Shown: positions 18,792 through 28,351 of the stretch, one piece after another
How the letters are laid out: the number at the start of each line of letters is the position of its first letter
Numbering within the stretch: position 1 is the first letter of the stretch
Source of the DNA: an uncultured Bacteroidia bacterium
GTDB taxonomy: Bacteria > Bacteroidota > Bacteroidia > Bacteroidales > Prolixibacteraceae
Assembly (NCBI GenBank): GCA_903854235.1
Contig: CAINVV010000227.1
Location: 4,065-68,064, forward strand
DNA: 64,000 bases
Reading direction: 5' to 3'
Program-made: the position numbers and the translations under genes
The notes under the pieces: generated by a model
Seen by the model: the letters and a program-made list of their open reading frames with translations, nothing else
Database searches by the model: none
What the model was told of the DNA's origin: nothing

Positions 18792-19463
18792 TTAATAGTA
18801 GGATATACCGTTTATTCTCTCAATTATTTCGCTGAAACGGGAGATTCGCCAGTTGGCTTCGGATTGATCCTGATGCTCAGAACCCGGACCATTGAAAGCG
18901 ATGCAATAGATTCCTGCTGCCATAGCGGCCTTGATCCCATTGGTGGAATCTTCGATAATGATGCAATTTTCTCTGGGAATACCGAGCTTTCTCTGGGCCA
19001 GTAAGAAGATGGCGGGATCGGGTTTGCCTGCACCTGCTTCCAGGCTTTCCGCGATCACTTCAAAGAAGTCGCCTAGACCGGTTTTATCCAGAATGACGCG
19101 GATGACGTCGATCGTGGAGGAGGAGGCCAGTGCAAGTCTAATTCCCTTTTGCTTGAGAAAAAAAAGAAGATCGACAACCCCCGGCATCGGTTCAATTTGT
19201 GGAAGGGAGCTAAAATAGTTGATGACGGTTCTTTCTGTCATTTCAACCAACTCGTGAAGGGGTTGACTTAATCCGTGTTTTTTTCTGATTTGGCTCCACA
19301 TGACGGGGTTGGAGCTTCCCTGGTAAGAGACATGTTCCTCGGGAGTCATTACCACGCCAACCTCACTGAATAACCCGTTTTCAATGACTTTGTAAAGATT
19401 TTCACTGTCAATGAGTACTCCGTCCATATCAAAGATAAATGCCTTGCAATCCTCCAAAAGCAT
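18792..19463 (-). CDS. HAD-superfamily hydrolase (beta-phosphoglucomutase-like subfamily IA)
   Basis: Motif I 'FIFDMDGVLIDSE', plus later 'ASSS' and 'GKPDP' / 'EDSTNG' motifs. Confidence 0.85.
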   Translation of the reverse strand: MLLEDCKAFIFDMDGVLIDSENLYKVIENGLFSEVGVVMTPEEHVSYQGSSNPVMWSQIRKKHGLSQPLHELVEMTERTVINYFSSLPQIEPMPGVVDLLFFLKQKGIRLALASSSTIDVIRVILDKTGLGDFFEVIAESLEAGAGKPDPAIFLLAQRKLGIPRENCIIIEDSTNGIKAAMAAGIYCIAFNGPGSEHQDQSEANWRISRFSEIIERINGISYY

Positions 19464-19604
19464 AAGAATAGATTTAATTTTAAAATTACTGAAATAAGAT
19501 GTAAAAAGAAGGATCTGTGGATTTATTAATCAAAGAATCAAATTGGCAAAAGTGGATTGGATTTATCGCAATACACTCCGGCAAAAGAATGGCCGGAAGA
19601 ATTT

Positions 19605-21476
19605 TTAGAAGGATAGCGCGACTATCTCTCCATCCAGCACACTCACTAAAATACTTCTTGGCCCTATCGGCAGCACTGCATTGATCATTGCATTGCTGAT
19701 TTTGTGTTTCCAGGCGACCAGATGTGTTTTTCTGTTTATGGCAACTACCAATCCTGCAGAGGTTGGGACATAGAGGTAATCACCTGATTCGACAATGGGT
19801 GACGGGGCGATTTCATATCCCAGATCGGCTTTGCACTCCCAAGCCAACTGTTGATTGTCGGAAGCGGTATAGAAAGCATCGATGTTTCCCTCTGTCATAT
19901 TTTTTATGTAAACAAGTTGCTTATCTTTCGAAATTCCGATGGATTCGCGGCAGGAATACTTTTGAGAATCCCAGATTTCCTTTCCCGAATTTTCATTTAG
20001 GGCAGTCAAATGCCGATCGGGGGCTGCAATAAAAATTTTGCCGGATCCGGCCACCGGCCATACCGCTGCAGGCGAGAGCATCCGGTTGCTGTATTTTTCT
20101 CTTTTCCAGAGAAGTCGGCCTGTTTGCTTATCGAGCGAATAGAATGCATTCCCCCAGGAACCGAAACAAACGCTTTCTTTCAGAATCAGGGGTTTGCATT
20201 CCACGAAGTTACGGACACTGTCAAAACTCCATATTAATTTTCCGTTTGAAAGGTTTATGCATCGAAATGAACCGTCTGAAGAACCAATGAAAATTTTATC
20301 TCCCTCAATGGCAGGGGAGGCAACAATTGGTTTTACGGTCGGATGCATCCAGATCAGTTTGCCGGAATTGCGGTCAAGGCAATAAATATTGTGGTCGGTA
20401 GAGGCGCCGACGACCCTGTTGCCCTGAATGGCCGGAGTGGTGTAAATTTTCCCGTGGGTTTTGAAAATCCAGTTTTTCTTGCCTGAATTGATGTTGATGG
20501 AGACCATTTCACCTTCGGTGTTGGCAAAGATGGCCTGATTTTTCTTTCTGGTTATCCCTGTACCCACATCGCATTTCTCCCGAATAATCCAATTTGTTTT
20601 GACCCCGGCATATTTTTGGTTGATGGAATAGTCGGGGCGTTTGTATGCGATCCTGGAAACAGAAGACGAATCGCCAGCAGTCATATGAGCGTAAAATTGA
20701 TGGTCTCTTCTTATCGGGACTTTGCACCAGCATGGTAAGGTAATCCCGGACGACCGTCGTTCCCTGTAATAGATGGTATCTTTTTCGATGGTGACCAGGT
20801 TGTAACCTGCCCCAGACTGGCTTGTCCGGAGATTTGAGCGCCCCATGATTCCGGGTATCCCTTCAAAATCAAATAGTTTGTTTACGTGCCCATGGCCCAG
20901 AAGAGTAGACTGAATATTGACACTTTTCAGTTTTTCAATGATATCATACCAGTTGGAAAGTGATTCATCAAGGGGATAGTGGTTGACAAAAATGACTGGT
21001 TCCCTGCTAGTTTTTCTGCTTTCGAGTACTGAATCAATAAAGGATAATTGCTCTCGGGGGACCAGCCCAGGAGCCATTCGCATGTTTGGACCGGAAGCAG
21101 TACCCAGGAAAAGAAAGCCCTTCGTTTCAAACGCGAATTTTTCTGCACCGAGAATAGTGACGAAGCTGTTGTTACCACTTTCAGACCATTTAGAATCATG
21201 GTTACCTGGAAGTACATACCAGGGTTTATTCAACTGGTCAAGAATCTTTCTGGTCTGGATCAACTCCACATCAGACCCAAATTCGGTAAGGTCGCCAGTA
21301 AGCAGAATAAATTGGATATCCTCTTGAAGGTTAAGGTCATTTACAGTTTCCTGCAGATCCGCTGCTCCGGTCTGGCTCCCAACATGGCTATCGGTAATAT
21401 GCGCAAAATGAATCTGCTGGGCATTTAACCCGGTCCAGATTAACCAAATAGCAACGAACAGAAAAGCCTTTTTCAT
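19605..21476 (-). CDS. exported metallophosphoesterase fused to a PQQ-like beta-propeller
   Basis: Signal peptide. Metallophosphoesterase motifs 'ITDSHVG', 'LTGDLTEFG', 'LPGNHD' and 'LLGHGHV'. The C-terminal ~330 aa carry repeated 'G..IW' propeller-blade patterns. Confidence 0.75.
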   Translation of the reverse strand: MKKAFLFVAIWLIWTGLNAQQIHFAHITDSHVGSQTGAADLQETVNDLNLQEDIQFILLTGDLTEFGSDVELIQTRKILDQLNKPWYVLPGNHDSKWSESGNNSFVTILGAEKFAFETKGFLFLGTASGPNMRMAPGLVPREQLSFIDSVLESRKTSREPVIFVNHYPLDESLSNWYDIIEKLKSVNIQSTLLGHGHVNKLFDFEGIPGIMGRSNLRTSQSGAGYNLVTIEKDTIYYRERRSSGITLPCWCKVPIRRDHQFYAHMTAGDSSSVSRIAYKRPDYSINQKYAGVKTNWIIREKCDVGTGITRKKNQAIFANTEGEMVSININSGKKNWIFKTHGKIYTTPAIQGNRVVGASTDHNIYCLDRNSGKLIWMHPTVKPIVASPAIEGDKIFIGSSDGSFRCINLSNGKLIWSFDSVRNFVECKPLILKESVCFGSWGNAFYSLDKQTGRLLWKREKYSNRMLSPAAVWPVAGSGKIFIAAPDRHLTALNENSGKEIWDSQKYSCRESIGISKDKQLVYIKNMTEGNIDAFYTASDNQQLAWECKADLGYEIAPSPIVESGDYLYVPTSAGLVVAINRKTHLVAWKHKISNAMINAVLPIGPRSILVSVLDGEIVALSF

Positions 21477-21584
21477 GAGTCAATCTTTTAGGGAAAAATA
21501 ATTGAAAATGGAGGCGAAAAAATGTCCTCACGGAGACGGGAAATTTGTCTTACAACTGAGAAAACCACCAGAAAATAGCTTGTT

Positions 21585-21612
21585 CAGGAGAAACTAATAC
21601 TCCTGTTAGTTT
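21585..21612 (+). other. two mutually exclusive hairpins in the intergenic region upstream of the susC-like gene (about 55 nt upstream of the TATTTTTG box at 21666-21673)
   Basis: CAGGAG(21585-90)/CTCCTG(21600-05) competes with AAACTAA(21591-97)/TTAGTTT(21606-12). A TGATTT follows. Confidence 0.3.
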
Positions 21613-21665
21613 TGATTTCGGTTATAAAGTTAGATTTTAATTGGTAAGACAGGAAAATAGCGGCA

Positions 21666-21673
21666 TATTTTTG
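21666..21673 (+). promoter_or_regulatory. Bacteroidota-type -7 box (TATTTTTG) upstream of susC-like gene
   Basis: Matches TAnnTTTG about 155 nt upstream of ATG 21828. Confidence 0.3.
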
Positions 21674-21774
21674 CAAAATGAAAAAGAATTTGGAGAATTT
21701 CGAAAAGATGTAATACAACATACAAATTAAATGTTTAATTTTATTAAAATTTTGTAATGTTTAGTTAATTGAAA

Positions 21775-21806
21775 AATCTATTCCAAAATTTAATCTATTC
21801 CAAAAT
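21775..21806 (+). repeat. perfect 15-bp direct repeat AATCTATTCCAAAAT x2 (17-bp period) just upstream of susC start
   Basis: Copies at 21775-21789 and 21792-21806, read directly from the sequence. Confidence 0.8.
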
Positions 21807-21827
21807 GTCATTTTTAACCTGTTTGTT

Positions 21828-24800
21828 ATGAAAAAAACGGTAGCATTAATCTTCATCTTGTGCATGGTTTTTCAACTGACTATGGCACAAAAGCGGTTGA
21901 TTTCCGGGGTTATCCGGGATAAATCAACCAATGAGACACTTCCGGGAGTTTCAGTTCTTGAGAAAGGAAGCAAGAACGGAATTACGACCAATATGGATGG
22001 CAAGTATGAACTTTCGGTTTCCGCGGGTGCAACCTTGGTAGTCAGTTATATTGGGATGAAACCTATGGAGGTGAAAGTAGGTAACTTATCCACTGTAAAC
22101 ATTTCACTTGAATCCTCAAATGAGGTGATTGATGAAGTGGTAGTTGTTGGTTACGGGCAGCAAAAGAGGGCCAATTTAACAGGAGCTGTTGCGTCTGTTG
22201 ATACTAAAGTACTGGAGGCAAGACCTATCGCCGATGTGGGTCGTGGTCTTCAAGGAACTACCCCTGGACTAAGTGTCGTCATTCCAAGTGGAGAAGTCGG
22301 TTCTGATCCGGTCATGAAGATTCGTGGTCAGCTCGGATCCCTTCAGGGCGGTTCTGCACCTTTGATCTTAATGGATAACGTGGAGATTCCATCCATACAG
22401 ATGCTAAATCCTGATGACATTGAATCCATTTCAGTCTTGAAAGACGCCGCATCAGCTTCCATCTACGGAGCAAAGGCAGCTTTTGGTGTCATCTTGATTA
22501 CTACCAAAAAAGGGGCAAAAACGGAGAGTGTCAATGTAAGTTATTCAGGCAACTATTCGGTTCAGAACATTTCCAAAAAAATGGAAATGGCCAGACTGGA
22601 TGCCCTGGAATATTCTACTCTGGCAATGGAACGGGTAGGAGCCGTTGCAACTGGTGCATTTTGGATGGTGACAAGAGAAGGTTTTGAAAAAGCCAAAGTG
22701 TGGCAGACGAAATACGGTAATTCAGTCAAACCGAATGATCCTATGTTGTATGGTCGCGACTGGTATGTAGATGCCAATGGTCGTAAAATCGGACTTAGGA
22801 CTTATGACCCTTATGATTACATGGTCAAAGAATGGGCACCAACACAGACCCACAATCTATCTGTGAATGGCAAAAGTGGTAAGACAGATTTCAACATTGG
22901 TTTGGGTTATTTAGGTCAGTCAGGGATGGTAAAACCAGCGAAGACGGATGATTTCAAGAGATACAATGGTTCCCTCAGGTTAAGTACGGATGTAGCCGAC
23001 TGGATGAAGATCTATGCAGGTACCATGTATTCAAAGAGGATCAAACGTTATGGATACGCGACCAGCTCAACAACGGCAGATCCATGGTTGTATTTGTATC
23101 GTTGGGGACCAACCTACCCAATGACTACCGAAGATGGTGATCCGATTAGGAGCCCTGCATCTGAACTGGCCCAGGCAAATACTGCTGTCCAGGAGACTAA
23201 TTATACCAGTTTGAACGGCGGATTCATCATCACACCGCTAAAAGATTGGAAGATCAACTTTGATTATACCCATGCCAATCAGGAATATATGAATGACAGG
23301 CCTGGAACTCGCTTTACTGCACGTGACAGCTGGTCAGCTGCGGTTGCAAAAAATGATGCTACGGGGAACAGAATTTACATGGATGATGCGGGCCAAGTAG
23401 TTGCCTCAACTGCAACCAATGCTATGCCTGCCTATCAATTGGTGAATTCAACTTATACAGGCGTTGGTGCAAATCCTGATCATATTTACCGGATTACGCA
23501 GAATGACCAATGGAATACAATCAACCTGAACACAACCTATGAGATGAGTCTCAATGATATTCATAAATTCAGGTTTATGCTTGGAATGAACAGTGTGGCT
23601 TACAATTATGAAAACAATTGGTCTCAGATCACACAATTGGTGGATTATTCAAATCCACAATTCAATTTGGCTACCGGTGTCCAAACGACAGGTGGAAACA
23701 AATACTGGGAATCTCAGCTGGGTTACTTCGGTCGTGTGAATTACAATTTCAAAGACAAGTATCTGTTGGAAGCCAACTTAAGGTATGATGGAACCTCTAA
23801 ATTTCCAACGAGTCTGCAATGGAGATATTTCCCTTCCTTCTCAGGAGGTTGGCGTGTAAACGAAGAATCCTGGATGGACTGGACGAAACCAATACTCAGT
23901 GCTTTGAAAGTCCGTGGATCCTGGGGTACCATTGGAGACCAAACTGTCAGCAACTCGCTGTATGTTCCAACCATGACTGGTTCATTCAACAATTTTATTC
24001 TGGGTGGTGCCAAACTCTATCAATTTGGGACACCGGGAGCCGTTTCCGCGACAGTTACCTGGCAGGATATTACAACGTTGGATTTGGGACTGGATGCCCG
24101 TTTCCTGAAAAGCGAATTGGGTGTTTCATTTGACTGGTTCAGGCGCAGTACGGAGAATATGATTGTTCCGCAAGAAGGTATTCCGGTTACTTACGGTTCA
24201 GGAGCTCCTCAGGGTAACTTCGGTTCTTTGAAAACGGATGGAGTAGAACTTCAGCTGGACTACAACCACCGTTTTAAAAATGGGGTGGGCATCAACATGG
24301 TAGCCACTTTCGCAGATGCAAAAACCATCATCACGAAATATGGGTCAACACAAAGTATAGACTCGTGGTATGTGGGTAAAACGTATGGTGAAATCTGGGG
24401 CTATGAAACAGACAGGTTGTATCAGAAGGAGGACTTTGTTTATGATGCTGCAGGAAAACTGATTACCACTACCTCAAAAGATGGATTTACGGTAAATAAA
24501 TTGAATGATGCTACAGTGGCGACTCAAGGTAAGCTTCAATCAGGGAACTTTGTGTTCGGACCTGGTGATGTTAAATTCAAGGACTTGAATGGCGACGGAG
24601 TGATAAATGCCGGAAACAGACTGCTTAAAAATGCAAGTGGTGCACCAGATTACGGTGACTTGAAAAAGATTGGAAACTCAACGCCACGTTACCAGTACAG
24701 TTTCCGTGTTGGGGCTGATTACAAAGGATTTGATGCCTCTGTATTCATTCAGGGCGTTGGTCAACGCAGTGTATGGGGCGAAGGTTCTACGGTAATTCCA

Positions 24801-25220
24801 GGTTATCAGGCATCCGACGGTGGTATGCCAGAAGCCATTGCCGGAAATTTCTGGAGAGCCGACAGAACGAATGCTTTCTATCCTGCTCCCTACAACCAGG
24901 CGGGAAGTGGTACGACACTGAACATGCAGATTCAATCCAGGTATTTGTTGAACATGGCCTACATGAGAATCAAAAACATTACTGTTGGTTATTCTTTGCC
25001 TGCCAGTGTTTTAAGAAAAATTCAAATCAGCAAGCTTCGTGTATATGTTGCGCTGGAGAATTTCTTCACCTTTGATCATCTTGGAACGCTTCCTGTTGAT
25101 CCTGAGGAAATTGAGGGCTATTCCATGTGGAATACCACCAACTACGATGCAGGACGAACTGGTGTAGGTGTACCAACGTACAAAAGTGCTTCAGTTGGTA
25201 TTCAGTTGAACTTTAAATAA
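21828..25220 (+). CDS. SusC/RagA-family TonB-linked outer-membrane transporter (no STN domain)
   Basis: Signal peptide, CarboxypepD_reg 'ISGVIRDKSTNETLPGVSVLEKGSKNGITTNMDGKYEL', a plug beginning 'VVVVGYGQQKRANLTGAV', 1130 aa in total, and followed by a SusD-like gene. Confidence 0.93.
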   Translation: MKKTVALIFILCMVFQLTMAQKRLISGVIRDKSTNETLPGVSVLEKGSKNGITTNMDGKYELSVSAGATLVVSYIGMKPMEVKVGNLSTVNISLESSNEVIDEVVVVGYGQQKRANLTGAVASVDTKVLEARPIADVGRGLQGTTPGLSVVIPSGEVGSDPVMKIRGQLGSLQGGSAPLILMDNVEIPSIQMLNPDDIESISVLKDAASASIYGAKAAFGVILITTKKGAKTESVNVSYSGNYSVQNISKKMEMARLDALEYSTLAMERVGAVATGAFWMVTREGFEKAKVWQTKYGNSVKPNDPMLYGRDWYVDANGRKIGLRTYDPYDYMVKEWAPTQTHNLSVNGKSGKTDFNIGLGYLGQSGMVKPAKTDDFKRYNGSLRLSTDVADWMKIYAGTMYSKRIKRYGYATSSTTADPWLYLYRWGPTYPMTTEDGDPIRSPASELAQANTAVQETNYTSLNGGFIITPLKDWKINFDYTHANQEYMNDRPGTRFTARDSWSAAVAKNDATGNRIYMDDAGQVVASTATNAMPAYQLVNSTYTGVGANPDHIYRITQNDQWNTINLNTTYEMSLNDIHKFRFMLGMNSVAYNYENNWSQITQLVDYSNPQFNLATGVQTTGGNKYWESQLGYFGRVNYNFKDKYLLEANLRYDGTSKFPTSLQWRYFPSFSGGWRVNEESWMDWTKPILSALKVRGSWGTIGDQTVSNSLYVPTMTGSFNNFILGGAKLYQFGTPGAVSATVTWQDITTLDLGLDARFLKSELGVSFDWFRRSTENMIVPQEGIPVTYGSGAPQGNFGSLKTDGVELQLDYNHRFKNGVGINMVATFADAKTIITKYGSTQSIDSWYVGKTYGEIWGYETDRLYQKEDFVYDAAGKLITTTSKDGFTVNKLNDATVATQGKLQSGNFVFGPGDVKFKDLNGDGVINAGNRLLKNASGAPDYGDLKKIGNSTPRYQYSFRVGADYKGFDASVFIQGVGQRSVWGEGSTVIPGYQASDGGMPEAIAGNFWRADRTNAFYPAPYNQAGSGTTLNMQIQSRYLLNMAYMRIKNITVGYSLPASVLRKIQISKLRVYVALENFFTFDHLGTLPVDPEEIEGYSMWNTTNYDAGRTGVGVPTYKSASVGIQLNFK

Positions 25221-25228
25221 CTAGAACA

Positions 25229-27055
25229 ATGAAAAAATATATATTGAGTTTATCGTTGGTAGTTACGCTTGTTTTGACCAGCTGCAGCGGCTTTCTTGAC
25301 AGGCCTTCCCTGACCACCATGAATGATGGAAACTACTGGACTTCTGAAAATAACATCCGGCTTTTTGCCAACGGATTTTATACGAACTATTTTGTAGGTT
25401 ATAATTCATCCTTTACCTATGATTATGCACCGTTAAACGGATACAATTTTTCCGATGATTTGACTTCAGCTGGAAAACAGGCGAATTTTGAATCTCAGGC
25501 TCCAGACTCCAGGTATTCTACCAGTGAGGCGGCAGCCTGGATGTCTACCTATGCGGGACCGACGTGGGATTTCGCCTGGGTGAGAAAATCCAATTTGTTC
25601 CTGGCAAGGGTAGAGGCTATGAAGGGCAATGCGATCACCACATCCGTTTATCAGCATTGGAGTGCCGTAGCCCGTTTCTTCAGAGGTTATGAGTATTGCC
25701 GTTTGGTAAGTGTCTTTGGAAACGTTCCTTATTTTGACAAAGTCGTAGGGGATTCGGAAATGGATTTGTTATACAAAGACAGAGATGACAGGACAGTCGT
25801 AATGGACAAAGTTTATGATGATTTTGTTTATGTTCTTGACAATATGCGGTTGGTAGATGGCGACGTTCAGTATCTAAACAGGTACATCGCAGCTGGATTT
25901 ATCTCTCGCTTTATGTTGTTTGAAGGTACCTGGCAGAAATATCAACTGAACAACACGGTCAAGGCGCAGAAATATCTTGACCTGGCTGTGAAGGCTGCCA
26001 ATATTGTCATGTCTTCCGGGAGATACTCCTTTACCAGCGATTTTCGTTCCTTGTTTGGATCTGACAACTTATCCTCCAACAAGGAGATGATTATGTACAG
26101 GGTATATGATGCAGCCATTGGTGTGACCCACGCTGTTGCTTCGTATTCCAATTTATACGAAAGTCAGTCGGCTTCTCCCAACTTGAAACTGGCCAAAGCC
26201 TTTATCTGCAGCGACGGGAAACCGTATAAACTGTCTACTGTAGCCAATGCAACACAATTGGATATCAAGAGTATGGTTACCACACGCGACCCTAGATTTG
26301 AAGCCACTTTCTGGGGGGCACCGAAGATCGAGGCAGGAACGCTGTTGTATGCAGATAAATTCATCGACCGTGTTGGTGTAACCTATTATCCCGGCCCTTA
26401 TCCTGCCATGTACGGCTCCAATACCAACACCAACGATGCACCTGTCATGCGATTGGCAGAGGTTGTCCTCAACTGGATTGAGGCCAAGGCAGAATTGGCC
26501 TCCATGGGCGGAACGGCAGTCACGCAGTCAGACATCGATGCCTCTATCAATGCCATCCGTCTGCGTCCTTTGGATGCTACAGCAACCGCGAAAGGGATTA
26601 AGAAGACCGCACCCTTGTCTCTGGCAACACTTCCCAACGATCCTGACCGTGATGCCGATGTTCCTGCCCTTATCTGGGAAATCAGGCGTGAGCGCAGAAT
26701 GGAATTTGTTTTTGAACATACCCGTCTGCTGGATTTGAAACGTTGGAAGAAGATCAGTTACATGAACAATTCGGATCCTGATAACCTGCTTGGGTTGTGG
26801 ATCAATTTCCAGACGGAATATCCGGCTTGGTTGGTGGCTGCCAAAGTCAACAAACTTAGGGTAAAGAAAGAGGATGGCACCATTGTTACCTACACTGGAT
26901 CCAATGCTTCTGACATGGTGGGCTATTACATTCCTGAGAATGTTTCCAACAGGGATCCATTCACTGAAAGAGTCAATCTTGCACCAATTGGCAATACCCA
27001 GATCAGTGAATACCTGGGCAAGGGATACAAATTGACCCAAACTACCGGCTGGTAA
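25229..27055 (+). CDS. SusD/RagB-family outer-membrane lipoprotein
   Basis: Lipobox 'VLTSCSGFLD', helical TPR-like composition, and a position directly after the SusC-like gene. Confidence 0.9.
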   Translation: MKKYILSLSLVVTLVLTSCSGFLDRPSLTTMNDGNYWTSENNIRLFANGFYTNYFVGYNSSFTYDYAPLNGYNFSDDLTSAGKQANFESQAPDSRYSTSEAAAWMSTYAGPTWDFAWVRKSNLFLARVEAMKGNAITTSVYQHWSAVARFFRGYEYCRLVSVFGNVPYFDKVVGDSEMDLLYKDRDDRTVVMDKVYDDFVYVLDNMRLVDGDVQYLNRYIAAGFISRFMLFEGTWQKYQLNNTVKAQKYLDLAVKAANIVMSSGRYSFTSDFRSLFGSDNLSSNKEMIMYRVYDAAIGVTHAVASYSNLYESQSASPNLKLAKAFICSDGKPYKLSTVANATQLDIKSMVTTRDPRFEATFWGAPKIEAGTLLYADKFIDRVGVTYYPGPYPAMYGSNTNTNDAPVMRLAEVVLNWIEAKAELASMGGTAVTQSDIDASINAIRLRPLDATATAKGIKKTAPLSLATLPNDPDRDADVPALIWEIRRERRMEFVFEHTRLLDLKRWKKISYMNNSDPDNLLGLWINFQTEYPAWLVAAKVNKLRVKKEDGTIVTYTGSNASDMVGYYIPENVSNRDPFTERVNLAPIGNTQISEYLGKGYKLTQTTGW

Positions 27056-27074
27056 AAAATGGGTTCTGATCAAC

Positions 27075-27116
27075 AAAAGGGGCTGTACCAACTTGGTGCA
27101 GCCCCTTTTCTGTTTG
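27075..27116. terminator. bidirectional rho-independent terminator between SusD-like and epimerase genes
   Basis: AAAA-GGGGCTGTACC-AACTT-GGTGCAGCCCC-TTTTCTGTTT, with a G-U wobble in the stem. Confidence 0.8.
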
Positions 27117-27131
27117 TAAATATTTGTGGAT

Positions 27132-28268
27132 TTATCCTTTTGGCCGAATTCCGATACCTGCCAATTCAGGGAGTAAAATTTTACCCTCGACTACTTTCAT
27201 TCCCTCGAAGACATCGTTGGAAATAAGAAGATTGCCATCCAGATCGGCCCAATCAACAATTGGGGAAAGCTGTGATGCAGCGCTAACAGCACAGGAGGTC
27301 TCCGTCATGCAGCCGATCATGGTCTTCATCTTTAAGCTTCTGGCCATTTCGATGATCTTGTGTGCTTCGCGCATCCCGGTGCATTTCATCAGTTTGCAGT
27401 TGATTCCTGAGTAGACGCCGTGAATTCGGTCCAGATCACCAATTCGTTGCAACGCTTCATCGGCCATGATGGGAAGCGGGCTGTGCTGCGTCAACCAGGC
27501 TGTGTCGTCGAAATTGTGCTTTTCAAAGGGTTGTTCGATAAATACGACGCCCTGTTCCTTGAGCCAGTGGATCTTGTCGAGGGCCTCCTGTCGATCTTTC
27601 CAGCCCTGATTGACATCGACACAAAGTGGAACATTGGTTACAGATCGTACTCCTTTGATCATCTCCTCATCATTGCCCCCACCAATCTTGACTTTTAGTA
27701 TTTTGAAGGCAGAAGCTTCCTTTGTTTTGGTCACTACCTCGTCACTTTTGGCCATCCCAATCGTAAAAGTGGTCAGGGGCGTCTTTTCGGCTGAGTAACC
27801 CCAAATCCGGTACCAGGGTTGATTGAGCAGTTTCCCAACCAGATCGTGAAGAGCGATGTCAACGGAAGCCTTGGCCGCACAATTTCCGGGCATTGCAGCA
27901 TCCACATAGTCCAAAATCTCCTCCATCCTAAACGGATCTTTGAATTGTGACAAATTGAGGGTGGAAAGAAACTTGGTGGCTGTCTGATGTGACTCTCCCA
28001 AATAAGGGGGCATCGAGGCTTCTCCATACCCTGTTACACCTTCCCATTCAAGCTGCGTAAGCATGACTGCAGTCGATGTTCTGGAATTGGAGGCAATGGT
28101 AAAAGTATGTTTAAGCTGCAATTCATAAGGTTTGAAGGAAAACTTCAATCCACTTCCGGTAGGCTGATACCGGGGAAGGACCTTTCCTGCCTTAGTAAAG
28201 GAAGATAGAAAACCTGCGCCGGCGGCCAGAGAGGTTGCTTCCAAAAATGTTCTGCGGTTTGCTTTCAT
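27132..28268 (-). CDS. dipeptide (L-Ala-D/L-Glu-type) epimerase, enolase superfamily, with twin-arginine signal
   Basis: Enolase-superfamily residues 'ILKVKIGG' (KxK), 'LCVDVNQGW', 'VFIEQPF', 'IMADEAL' and 'INCKLMKCTG'. N-terminal 'MKANRRTFLEATSLAAGAGFL' looks like a Tat signal. Confidence 0.85.
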   Translation of the reverse strand: MKANRRTFLEATSLAAGAGFLSSFTKAGKVLPRYQPTGSGLKFSFKPYELQLKHTFTIASNSRTSTAVMLTQLEWEGVTGYGEASMPPYLGESHQTATKFLSTLNLSQFKDPFRMEEILDYVDAAMPGNCAAKASVDIALHDLVGKLLNQPWYRIWGYSAEKTPLTTFTIGMAKSDEVVTKTKEASAFKILKVKIGGGNDEEMIKGVRSVTNVPLCVDVNQGWKDRQEALDKIHWLKEQGVVFIEQPFEKHNFDDTAWLTQHSPLPIMADEALQRIGDLDRIHGVYSGINCKLMKCTGMREAHKIIEMARSLKMKTMIGCMTETSCAVSAASQLSPIVDWADLDGNLLISNDVFEGMKVVEGKILLPELAGIGIRPKG

Positions 28269-28351
28269 CGTAGGATCAAATATTACAAATTAATAGATCG
28301 TCAACTGTATGACCGTTTCGCAAGTGTCAACGTAAATCGTATTCCCCTAAG

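Noticed and set aside
21678-21713. 11-codon mini-ORF (MKKNLENFEKM) in the susC leader as a leader peptide.
   Set aside because: It starts only 5 nt after the putative -7 box, so it would probably lie at or upstream of the TSS. It has no rare-codon or amino-acid signature that would suggest attenuation.
21710-21717. The octamer GTAATACA is shared between the susC leader (21710-21717) and the palindrome region (48444-48451), which could be a common operator.
   Set aside because: An 8-mer match between two AT-rich regions of about 300 bp each is expected by chance, and the palindromic core itself is not repeated upstream of susC.
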